DNA of 64,000 bases, from NCBI GenBank assembly GCA_024673055.1, contig GCA_024673055.1_4537.1; one strand, given 5' to 3'. Numbering within the stretch: the stretch's first letter is position 1; each line of letters starts with the position of its first letter. Shown here one piece after another: positions 55,391-64,000 of the stretch. This stretch comes from a phage. The translations under genes were made by a program, and so were the position numbers. The notes beneath the pieces are model-generated. The model did not search any database, had not been told where the DNA came from, and saw nothing but the letters and a program-made list of their open reading frames with translations.

Positions 55391-57490
55391 TTACATACTG
55401 CTTATGAACTCAAGCTCGTAAAGCTGAACACGGTCTGTTGTGATATTTGCCTCAAAGTACGTTCCATCGTAGCTAGCAAGTTTCACATCATTTATATGCC
55501 CAGCATAGGCATCATCATACATAAAAATAACCTGACCTGTTCCTTTACCTACATACTTACACGTCCAGGTTCCTAGGGTTGTAGTGTTATTCGCCAGAGC
55601 GATTGTTGTCTCTACACCGCCTGTAGCGATAACTCCATATGCAGTGTTAGCTACATATTTAATACCAAAGTAGTTACCTGACGCGACAGAGCCACAAACC
55701 AGATAACCCGCTAAGGCTGTGACACCTGATGGTATGGCAAATGCCACTGCAAATCCAAGGTAGTTAGAGTTCTCAAACTGCCTTACCAAACGACGCTCTC
55801 GCTTATATCTCTGGATTGCAGTACCCCCAGCAGTACCAGCTCGAACAACTAAGCCACCTTCTACATAGTATTCGATACCAGATCCAGTACCGGTTACAGT
55901 ATTGGTGAACTTGTCATAATCCTGAAATTGCGTATGGTGGCGGGTGGTATCTAGTCTGAAAGAGGATGTCACACCGTTGATGGATTTGGTGGCTGTTTCT
56001 ATAATGACTCCAGCCTGTACACCATCAACCCGTGATTGTGCCACTTTACCTATTGCCATACCAAGGTCATTAGCGATTATTGTCCCGCCGATAGCCACTG
56101 CTACCCACGATTTGAGCACACCAGACATAGGAGCTAAAGCACTACCAATGCGAGTGGAGTTTGACATGATGGTCCCACCATGTTTAACCACCATACCCTT
56201 GTCATTTATATCTGTCCCAAAATCACAACCTTCAACACTGATAGTAGAGTTATATGCCTCTATACACTTGTCGACTCCAACACCATTGAAAGAGCATTTA
56301 TTAACGGCCCCGCTAGTGCAACCGTAAAATTCAACTGAACAATTCTCGTCGCTGTGGGTTCGATTGGTAAAGTTCAGGTTTTCTAAGTTAGGTGAGTAAG
56401 GCGTACCACCGCAAGAAAATACTTGTGCAGATCTGTAACTTACTTTTGTGCGGTCTTTGGATTTACTGGTAATAACCAAAATAGCCTGTTGACCGGACTC
56501 AGGCGGGAAGTTTGGAGTACACCCTCGTTTATTACGAATCACAAGGTCTTCATCGTAGGTTCCATCGGAAACCTGAATAGTAATAAATTGCCAGTAGTTG
56601 TCCGGCACCGCGTCAATGGCGGCCTGCATAGTAGGGTAGTCCTCTGGCACGTTTACCGTAACGTTGTAGGTGTAGACGCCAGGGACGGTAGAGGAATCAA
56701 CCCCGTATTGTTTGATATAGTTACGATACGGATCACCCCCGCCAATTGAGTTGATAAAACCCTCAATGCGAACTTTATTTGTTGTTGAGTATATATATCC
56801 GTTTTCACCTACATCTACGCGGAAAAGACGCGGGATTGTCAAATCCTCTTTAATCTCAACAGGGACATTAATGTAAACGCGACCACGACCACTTGCTATA
56901 GCTCGCTTTAATGCCTGAGTATAGTCTGGAGCGATGGGATCGCCGTCTCTAACGTAAGCACGAATGTCATCGTTAACTTCATCTCGCCCACCTATAAGGG
57001 TGAATCCTTTGCTGCTAGTTAATTCGTTTCGCAATGAAGCATTACCAACACTAACCCATGCACCTGTTCCAACACCACCTGTTGATGTAGGGGTTGAGTC
57101 AGCGGGAACAGCTTTAGGGAAAGCACCATCCCATGTATAGCACTGTCCACCAGCAATGTGCCAAACAGCATCGGTTGAACTATTGGCTGTCGCCCCTTCT
57201 TCAAAGCTACCATCAACAAGAGTTAACCCAGCCTCGGCAAGACTACGACACCACTGTTCACGATCATTAAGAAGATTGTTATTCAACTCTTCCTGAACAG
57301 TATTACCATTTGAGGATTGTATTAAATCTGCTCCATCTGTATCTTTCAACTGGGTGGCTAAAACCACCCCAGTGTCAGTAAGAAATTTGGAAACTGTGCT
57401 TTTAACAGTCTTATCAGGTTGGTCTAAAACCAGGTAATCAGAATCATTAACTTTTGATGTTTCGGGTAAATTAGTAATTGTAGTTGACAT
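55391..57490 (-). CDS. tailspike protein with beta-helix domain
   Basis: Shares the W.G.FPK.VPA.STP..TGG module with the collagen-like fibre; N/G-rich beta-helix-like repeats. Confidence 0.7.
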   Translation of the reverse strand: MSTTITNLPETSKVNDSDYLVLDQPDKTVKSTVSKFLTDTGVVLATQLKDTDGADLIQSSNGNTVQEELNNNLLNDREQWCRSLAEAGLTLVDGSFEEGATANSSTDAVWHIAGGQCYTWDGAFPKAVPADSTPTSTGGVGTGAWVSVGNASLRNELTSSKGFTLIGGRDEVNDDIRAYVRDGDPIAPDYTQALKRAIASGRGRVYINVPVEIKEDLTIPRLFRVDVGENGYIYSTTNKVRIEGFINSIGGGDPYRNYIKQYGVDSSTVPGVYTYNVTVNVPEDYPTMQAAIDAVPDNYWQFITIQVSDGTYDEDLVIRNKRGCTPNFPPESGQQAILVITSKSKDRTKVSYRSAQVFSCGGTPYSPNLENLNFTNRTHSDENCSVEFYGCTSGAVNKCSFNGVGVDKCIEAYNSTISVEGCDFGTDINDKGMVVKHGGTIMSNSTRIGSALAPMSGVLKSWVAVAIGGTIIANDLGMAIGKVAQSRVDGVQAGVIIETATKSINGVTSSFRLDTTRHHTQFQDYDKFTNTVTGTGSGIEYYVEGGLVVRAGTAGGTAIQRYKRERRLVRQFENSNYLGFAVAFAIPSGVTALAGYLVCGSVASGNYFGIKYVANTAYGVIATGGVETTIALANNTTTLGTWTCKYVGKGTGQVIFMYDDAYAGHINDVKLASYDGTYFEANITTDRVQLYELEFISSM

Positions 57491-57498
57491 TTTTACTC

Positions 57499-59652
57499 CT
57501 ATATATAAAATTTTTGTGTTGTTACTAAATCTTCTCCAGATTTAGTAGCTAATGTAATTCCACTTATGGTAGCAATCTCAACATTTGCTTGTTTAAGAGT
57601 GATATCTTGCAAATAACAATTCAAAGGCACATTACCCATATAGAAAACTTGGGATTGAGAATTAACTACCGTGATAGAATCGTGCATTATTTGAGGATAG
57701 GCCCATATATATTGTGTAAGTCCATTGAACTTATTGGCGTTCAACACTATGTTACCTATAATCATTTTCCAAAGATACGTGCGGTAGTTTGATTCAGGAT
57801 CAAAGCCATACAAAGGTGCAAGAGTAGCATCTGGAACAAAACCTGCAAGATAGTGAATATCAGAATATTCAAAACCTAATTTTTCATGTGGTATGGTAAT
57901 TGCATCAAATGCTTTCATCATTTTACCTTCCAGAAGCCAGTCGTAACACTCCGAACAGTAAAAATCAAAAGCTTCAGGAATGTAGTAATCAGACGGAAAG
58001 TTAACTTTCTCCATCAATCCGTTGCCAATAATTGATGGTAAGAATGGAAGCAATGTTACTTTAGCTCCTGGATAAGTTGCTCTGGTGTCTGTTGCAAACT
58101 TTGTAACTCTTAACCCTAGTTTACGAGACAAAAATGCATAGTATTCGTCAAATGGTGTTCCTGTTTTATAATTATCTATTGTTCCTGCATCTTGTGCAAA
58201 TAAGCCTGTTTCTGTATTGAATGCCAGTTTGGTAGTGTAATCATATATACAAGGCATTTTACTTGCTGTATTATACCACCACCAAGGTTCACCAATTTGA
58301 ATTACGACTGGAATATTGTTAGCTTGAGAAATAGATGCTATTTTGTTAATAACATTTTGCAAATATTCCATGCCTTCGTCAATAGTTGGAGACAACACGT
58401 AACTAGGAGGCTTATACCCTGTTGCTGCAAGAGCATCGTTCCAATCATGCTGGACCCATTCAACAGGACAAACTGTGCTCATCAACTCAAAACTTAAAGA
58501 GTTCATTATTGTGTAACCCTTCTCGTTCGCTATAGAATGGAAACTATTTAGCCAAGCTTCTGTAGCTGGATTCAGGAAGACAGATCTATTTAAAGCCCAA
58601 GATGTTCCGTTCCATGAGAACTCATAATAGTGAGACATTCCGTTGTAATGGTTAATCATTCCACGATAACCTAGTGCATATGTATTATAAATAACTCTCT
58701 CTGGAGTCAGGTTATACATATCATCATAAGATGTGCACATGCGAATATCATGTTCAGGCTGGACAAGGTTGCTGACTTTCATCATACTGTAACCAGAAGT
58801 AGGTTCAAGAAGAGTGAAAGTAAACCAAGCCTCTTGACTGGCAATAGGTACAATCTCTTCTATTTCTTCATACCTTGCTGTAATCAAAGAGAAGAAAATA
58901 TTATCTACAGCACTCATATCCAAAGGAATATCATTATTAGGGCCAGAAAAGATATTACCAAAATCTAACTTTATTGTGGCTGTTTTACCATCTTCTGAAA
59001 TATCTGAAGCGTAGAATCCTAAACTGACATAATGAACACTTTTATCCAGGAGAGTTACAGTCAAAGTCGGCACCAAAGGTTCTTCTTTAAAACCTGGCAT
59101 GTTTTGACTAATTTCCATTTTAAACCAAAGTTTCTCTGAACTTAAATCTGTGTGAGGCAAATACCCAACACCTTTATGGTCATATTTGTCAACTGTACTC
59201 CAGATAACCCCTGCCAAACCTGCTGTTGTTCTGTTTACAAATCTTGCAGTAAAAGAGTCTCCATGAGATACAATAGAACAACTTTCCGTTGCTTGAGAAT
59301 CTATTGTCCAATACATAGGAGAGAACATTTTAACGTCTTTTGTAGTCCAAGTTATTGGAGTAGTATTTTCTTGGATAGTAGTTATAATACAATTGATGGT
59401 TGTTTCAACCATCATGTTATTTTGACTAATCCCTGAAACTTGGAGGGAGAAGTTAAGATCTATTGAGTTCTTTGGTCGTTCAAATACTTCAACCACAATA
59501 GTAGCAGAATCAGCATCATCAGGGAACACAAGTGTTCCCGATTTTGCAATATAATCTCTACCAGCGACTGCTGTTCCGTCAACAGTCGTGTAGTTAAATG
59601 AACTCGCATTTACTCTCTTGTCTCGCGTGACAGTAAATATAGCTTGTTTCAT
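57499..59652 (-). CDS. virion-associated protein with N-terminal Calx-beta-like domain and large putative carbohydrate-active domain
   Basis: YTTVDGTAVAGRDYIAKSGTLVFPDDADSATIVVEVFERP matches Calx-beta pattern. Confidence 0.6.
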   Translation of the reverse strand: MKQAIFTVTRDKRVNASSFNYTTVDGTAVAGRDYIAKSGTLVFPDDADSATIVVEVFERPKNSIDLNFSLQVSGISQNNMMVETTINCIITTIQENTTPITWTTKDVKMFSPMYWTIDSQATESCSIVSHGDSFTARFVNRTTAGLAGVIWSTVDKYDHKGVGYLPHTDLSSEKLWFKMEISQNMPGFKEEPLVPTLTVTLLDKSVHYVSLGFYASDISEDGKTATIKLDFGNIFSGPNNDIPLDMSAVDNIFFSLITARYEEIEEIVPIASQEAWFTFTLLEPTSGYSMMKVSNLVQPEHDIRMCTSYDDMYNLTPERVIYNTYALGYRGMINHYNGMSHYYEFSWNGTSWALNRSVFLNPATEAWLNSFHSIANEKGYTIMNSLSFELMSTVCPVEWVQHDWNDALAATGYKPPSYVLSPTIDEGMEYLQNVINKIASISQANNIPVVIQIGEPWWWYNTASKMPCIYDYTTKLAFNTETGLFAQDAGTIDNYKTGTPFDEYYAFLSRKLGLRVTKFATDTRATYPGAKVTLLPFLPSIIGNGLMEKVNFPSDYYIPEAFDFYCSECYDWLLEGKMMKAFDAITIPHEKLGFEYSDIHYLAGFVPDATLAPLYGFDPESNYRTYLWKMIIGNIVLNANKFNGLTQYIWAYPQIMHDSITVVNSQSQVFYMGNVPLNCYLQDITLKQANVEIATISGITLATKSGEDLVTTQKFYI

Positions 59653-59660
59653 TTTACCCC

Positions 59661-62537
59661 TTACTCGGTAACGTCCACACTAATGTTTGCCATTGTCAAA
59701 ACAGTAAGTGCAGGAATATTGCTCGAATCCAAAACAGGTGATGCATTTTGGGGATTAAGTTTTTTGTATAAAGCATACAACCCAAAACCACGTAACAACT
59801 CTCCAGCGTGGAAGCCAAAGAAGACTCCGTTATCACTGTCTGGTCTAGGAGCAGCACTCCAACAACCATTCATAACGTGATTAGGACCAAGAACAATATA
59901 GTTTTCCTGAATAAGTTCAAAACAGCGGTCTGCTACTATTTTAATGTTAGGAATTTCTGAATCATATCCAGCCATCCCCATTATAGCACATCCCGCCATA
60001 AAGAGCGCAGACATGTGACTTGTAAAGTCATCTACAGGCGCAGCCACTTCTCCGTTGGGATAAAATATTGTTGGTGTTCTTCCTTCGTTGTTATCTTGGA
60101 ACCACTTCAGGTAGTTGATCCAGTTTTTACAAACTGTTAAAAGTTTTTCAGGAACTTCGGCTCCTCGTCGCTTTAGTTCGTATACCGTATGACACGCACA
60201 GAAGAATGCTCGTGCTTCATAACCATCCCAAGCTTTATCGTTCCAATGATACATTGTGAACTCATTTTTGTTTCCATATTTATGAGCATCCCAACGATCC
60301 CAAACATAAGCTTGTGCCATTGGCCCAGGCATTACAGGGGCAAACTTATTATAAAACCACATTTGTGAATCATATAAAAAGTCTATACTGTTGTTCATAC
60401 GAACCCAGTCAATATCTCTCCCTTTAAAACAATATAAGGATGGGTATTGATAACCTGGGTAAGGAATACCACGCCAACCGTCATATAATGCTGTGTTAGG
60501 ATCACTAATATTGGAAAATGGAATGATTCCTGGAGTATAATTCAAACTGTCAAGTTTGTAGTCCAGTATTGTACAATCTCCAAGTTTTGCTGTATAAGGA
60601 TTTTCAGATGAAACTGTAACCCTGAAATACATTGTGTAATCATCACCAGCGGCTGAAGAATACAAAGATGGGATATCGTTAACACAATAAAAATCGATTG
60701 CCCCTGTCAAGCCATTTGCAGGTTCAGAATCCAATGCAATGTTGATCTGATCAACAGCAGTCAGGTTTATTGACGAAGGTTTTGTCTCTGTGTCGTTATG
60801 ATCGGGTTGCCAAGTGCTTAATTTGAAATCAGCAGGACTTAAAGCTTTAGTAACCCATGTAGAATTTGTTTTTTCTAACATGGCCCACCATCTCCAACCT
60901 GCGGAATCCGTAATAGTGATGTTAAAATCATCTGCGTATGAACGATATGTAATAGATTTTAAATTGGCTGTTTTAGTTGGTGTTAACCAAAACCCAACAG
61001 TAAAACCACCATCTGAATCCATATTAGCAGAAACTATCTGATCACTATTTGTCCCAGCAATACCAGTTGCATATTTATATTGTATCACAGTATTGCTTCC
61101 CCAGTCAACAATAATTCTGGGTTCAGCAATAATATATACACCACCTCCAGGAGGTTCTGTGCGCATAAAACTAGATAAAGGTATATCCATCTTAGTCATA
61201 TTAGCTGCACCAAGAGGTAAGCCACAACGATATGTCACTGTGTCTGTTTCACTCTTAGTTTTGCTTAATTCTAGCTCTGGACGGAAAAGAACACCTTCCC
61301 CTGCATCATCTACACCTTGAAACTCAATACGCAGTTTTGAATTCTGATCTACTCTGAACCAAACTGCCTGTTGTTCTAGAGTTGTTTGTGCTGAAACATC
61401 TTGGCGAATTACTGTGTATCCTAATTCGTCACGAGAATATTTAGGTATTGCTGTAGATGGGTATGAGTAATCATACGAGATACCATCTGTAAAAGGAATT
61501 ATTGCTGTCGTAGATCTACGGAAGAATTTATCAAACATATCGATGTTTGAGTAGTCTTGACACAACAATAAAGAAGATTGCCAGCAAAGCCAGTATTTTC
61601 TCTCTCCTGTGATCTGATACATCAAGTAGTTTGCATCACACCACCACGTTTCAGCATCGGAAGCATTATCTTGATAACCTAACCCTACCGGAACGTTTAC
61701 AGGACGGTTATGCCACATCTCATTACGCTTAAGCAGATATCCACCGTGTTCTACAGGGTTGCATGTAGCGTAGTTGAATTTATAATCACCGTTCACAGAA
61801 GCATTTTTAAGTTGCACTGTTCCATATTCTGCGAAGCTGTGACCTGTAGATAAAATGTTACCATCCCAATCAACTTTACGTCCTAGACGATCTATAATCC
61901 ATTCAACGTCCCACTGATCTCCGTATTCTTTCCAGTTGGTTGAACCATCTGGATTAGTTGCATAAACTGTTGCGTTAACGGAGTTCCAACCAAGATTGCC
62001 ATTGAAAGCAAACCAAGCTTTATCTAAGTATTCCCCCCAATGCGGTGCACCTTTAGGAATAACAGTCCTTCCGTTAATCCAAGTCATCATGCTACCTTTG
62101 AACCCACCGTGCGTAGGATACCCATCATCTGTGAGAGGGTAATGTGCTAAACGTGGTTCTTTACCATTGATGATCCAGTTGGGACGATACTTAGCCGGAG
62201 GATCAGGAATAGGTTGGCCCCCGAAGAAGTGATCTATATAGGCTTGCCAATACTTCTCGGCAGATTCAAGATATTTTTTATCCCCTGTAGCCAAATATGC
62301 ATAAGCAAAACCAGTGATAAGCACAGATTGACCTTCGGTAGTAGCGTCACCGTTTGGTTGCCCTTCCTGCGCTGTCCAGTTAATAAAGTGTCTGTTGTTC
62401 GCCAATACGTTTTGTGGGTTGATAATGTAATGCTGAACCGTAGGATCTATGGTAAGCCCAGTATTTCTTTCCAAAAACTGAACCAACCCTTCAATCAACT
62501 GAAACGTGTTGTCAATATTGTGCTTAACTCTTGACAT
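59661..62537 (-). CDS. large structural protein (958 aa), possible polysaccharide-degrading domain
   Basis: Long ORF in structural operon; Trp/Tyr-rich segments; function not resolved. Confidence 0.55.
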   Translation of the reverse strand: MSRVKHNIDNTFQLIEGLVQFLERNTGLTIDPTVQHYIINPQNVLANNRHFINWTAQEGQPNGDATTEGQSVLITGFAYAYLATGDKKYLESAEKYWQAYIDHFFGGQPIPDPPAKYRPNWIINGKEPRLAHYPLTDDGYPTHGGFKGSMMTWINGRTVIPKGAPHWGEYLDKAWFAFNGNLGWNSVNATVYATNPDGSTNWKEYGDQWDVEWIIDRLGRKVDWDGNILSTGHSFAEYGTVQLKNASVNGDYKFNYATCNPVEHGGYLLKRNEMWHNRPVNVPVGLGYQDNASDAETWWCDANYLMYQITGERKYWLCWQSSLLLCQDYSNIDMFDKFFRRSTTAIIPFTDGISYDYSYPSTAIPKYSRDELGYTVIRQDVSAQTTLEQQAVWFRVDQNSKLRIEFQGVDDAGEGVLFRPELELSKTKSETDTVTYRCGLPLGAANMTKMDIPLSSFMRTEPPGGGVYIIAEPRIIVDWGSNTVIQYKYATGIAGTNSDQIVSANMDSDGGFTVGFWLTPTKTANLKSITYRSYADDFNITITDSAGWRWWAMLEKTNSTWVTKALSPADFKLSTWQPDHNDTETKPSSINLTAVDQINIALDSEPANGLTGAIDFYCVNDIPSLYSSAAGDDYTMYFRVTVSSENPYTAKLGDCTILDYKLDSLNYTPGIIPFSNISDPNTALYDGWRGIPYPGYQYPSLYCFKGRDIDWVRMNNSIDFLYDSQMWFYNKFAPVMPGPMAQAYVWDRWDAHKYGNKNEFTMYHWNDKAWDGYEARAFFCACHTVYELKRRGAEVPEKLLTVCKNWINYLKWFQDNNEGRTPTIFYPNGEVAAPVDDFTSHMSALFMAGCAIMGMAGYDSEIPNIKIVADRCFELIQENYIVLGPNHVMNGCWSAAPRPDSDNGVFFGFHAGELLRGFGLYALYKKLNPQNASPVLDSSNIPALTVLTMANISVDVTE

Positions 62538-63010
62538 TAAATAACTCCTGCTAAAACTAAGCTACCTGTCCAAGTTGCACCATTATCATAACTGATAAAC
62601 TCAAAAGTGTCTGTTGCACCTTGACGATAACTCAAAACTGGGGAACGACCAAAACTCCATTTTACAGAAGAAGGCCATACGACTTTATTTGCGCCACTTC
62701 CTTGACGCAAAGCTAAAGTAAAGTTTAAAACTGCATTCGTTGCTACTGGAATATTAGTAAAACTAATTGTGCATGTTGCAGAAGATAAAGTTGCCGAAAA
62801 ATATTCTGCTGAACTAATATCTAATGCCAAGGTGCTAGTTACTGTTCCACGTGCATTTAAACGGTTTCTAGTTACCCCTGCACCACTCAACAGCACTTTC
62901 AAAGAAGTCTTCTTTGTTATTCCAGCCTGATCTGTTACAAAGAAATCTGTATCAGATACAGAGGTTGTTTGTGTAAGATCAGAAACTTTGATCGTAGTTA
63001 AATCTGCCAT
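62537..63010 (-). CDS. baseplate/tail-fibre-adaptor-like protein (157 aa)
   Basis: N-terminus D.T....DTDFFVTDQ similar in pattern to the N-terminus of 55391-57490. Confidence 0.45.
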   Translation of the reverse strand: MADLTTIKVSDLTQTTSVSDTDFFVTDQAGITKKTSLKVLLSGAGVTRNRLNARGTVTSTLALDISSAEYFSATLSSATCTISFTNIPVATNAVLNFTLALRQGSGANKVVWPSSVKWSFGRSPVLSYRQGATDTFEFISYDNGATWTGSLVLAGVI

Positions 63011-63636
63011 TATTCTTCTACTCCTGTCATAGCTGTTATACCGAAATTATTGTTTGTAGCTAATGCATCACCTTTTTCGTTAACCATGATTCTTTCCCCT
63101 GCTGACTCTGTAGACCATTCATTCCACCAAGTAGAGTAGGTATCACGTGGCAAACCAACAAAGTTGATAAAGCGATAAAGTCTATTCGAATTCTCAACAA
63201 TACTGTAAGCTTCACAAATGATCGCTGCATTGTCTTCACCAGCTTCAGGGTAAATAAACTCTTCAGAAGGTTGAGTATTGAATATGGATGTTACTGTATC
63301 TGCTCCAACTGTCACCATAACTGTCATTGAGTAATAACGTTGGTCCATGTCATAAGCAGATTTATAACTGTTTATTGTATCTATGTAAACGTTTTTGGCA
63401 ATCTCCGCTAAAAATATTCTGTCTACAATATCTTTCTTTCTAGCAACACCAATAATCTCTTGTAAGTAAGGAACACCGAAGTTAGTATTTAAAAACCACT
63501 CTCCACGATACGTGTTCAGAGTTATCCCAAGAGTTTGTGCTGCAATTTCTGTTCTGGTTGTGGTGAGGACCAAATCCCCATCATCCATGATGAGGTCGTT
63601 GTTTGGTCCAAGTTTTAAGTCAAAAGGGATTCCCAT
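63010..63636 (-). CDS. baseplate wedge protein, gp25/GpW-like (tentative)
   Basis: YRGEWFLNTNFGVPYL resembles the GER...P.FG block of GpW/gp25-family proteins. Confidence 0.4.
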   Translation of the reverse strand: MGIPFDLKLGPNNDLIMDDGDLVLTTTRTEIAAQTLGITLNTYRGEWFLNTNFGVPYLQEIIGVARKKDIVDRIFLAEIAKNVYIDTINSYKSAYDMDQRYYSMTVMVTVGADTVTSIFNTQPSEEFIYPEAGEDNAAIICEAYSIVENSNRLYRFINFVGLPRDTYSTWWNEWSTESAGERIMVNEKGDALATNNNFGITAMTGVEE

Positions 63637-63637
63637 G

Positions 63638-63877
63638 TTAGGCTCCTGTTGGTTTTAAGGACTCGGCACTTGAGCTACCGCTCTGAATGTTACGAACCGT
63701 GTGCGTGTGAGTATGGAATCCGATGCCATTACCATCTGTCATCAAACCGTTCTGATCTATTTTAAGACCATTGATATCTGCTACGCCGCCTTTGAAAGTT
63801 AAATTACCACCTTTTAGATCCAAAGTCCCTGTGCCATCTGTAATAGTAATACCAGAGGTAGTAATATCTATTTTCAT
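63638..63877 (-). CDS. baseplate spike tip-like protein (tentative)
   Basis: Gly-rich beta-strand repeats ending in GFHTHTHTV histidine cluster. Confidence 0.35.
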   Translation of the reverse strand: MKIDITTSGITITDGTGTLDLKGGNLTFKGGVADINGLKIDQNGLMTDGNGIGFHTHTHTVRNIQSGSSSAESLKPTGA

Positions 63878-64000
63878 CCCTTGACTATTCCATATTGAAA
63901 TATTACCTGTAGGGTCGAAAGAAGCGTACGTGTTTTTGTTATTAGAAATAACTACCTTTTCAGAATCTACAGCTTCTGTTGAATCTGTTCCTGTAGCTAT

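Noticed and set aside
1-64000. CRISPR array
   Set aside because: The only recurring short GC-rich elements are isolated terminator-like hairpins at gene ends, not regularly spaced repeats
1-64000. Integrase, transposase or prophage boundaries
   Set aside because: No tyrosine/serine recombinase or transposase motifs recognised; gene content is that of a lytic phage

Overview
The window reads as part of a virulent tailed dsDNA phage genome, probably with a Gram-negative (enterobacteria-like) host; the host call rests on sigma70-like promoters, a Tfa-like chaperone motif and CTG/CGT/GGT-rich codon islands. No integrase, tRNA or CRISPR array was found. All calls are from reading the translations and sequence by eye; no database or profile search was run. 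Layout: (i) 1-6354, minus-strand block of small genes including a NADAR-domain protein, a triple zinc-ribbon protein and a P-loop ATPase; (ii) divergent promoters near 6380-6440; (iii) 6469-42600, a long plus-strand block with a LAGLIDADG-like protein, UvrD-like helicase, anaerobic ribonucleotide reductase NrdD/NrdG, a HAD/phosphoribosyltransferase/macro-domain trio, a tellurite-resistance-like gene set (TerC, TelA-like, vWA, TerD), a SleB-like cell-wall hydrolase, four glycosyltransferase-like genes, primase-helicase, an NPPF methyltransferase, a family-A DNA polymerase interrupted by an intein, and an SSB-like protein; (iv) 42665-63877, minus-strand structural block with several tail fibre/tailspike proteins and baseplate-like proteins. 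The most interesting candidate is the phage-borne Ter-like module with its linked ADP-ribose/phosphoribosyl enzymes (about 18.1-28.8 kb), followed by the NADAR protein and the intein-containing polymerase.
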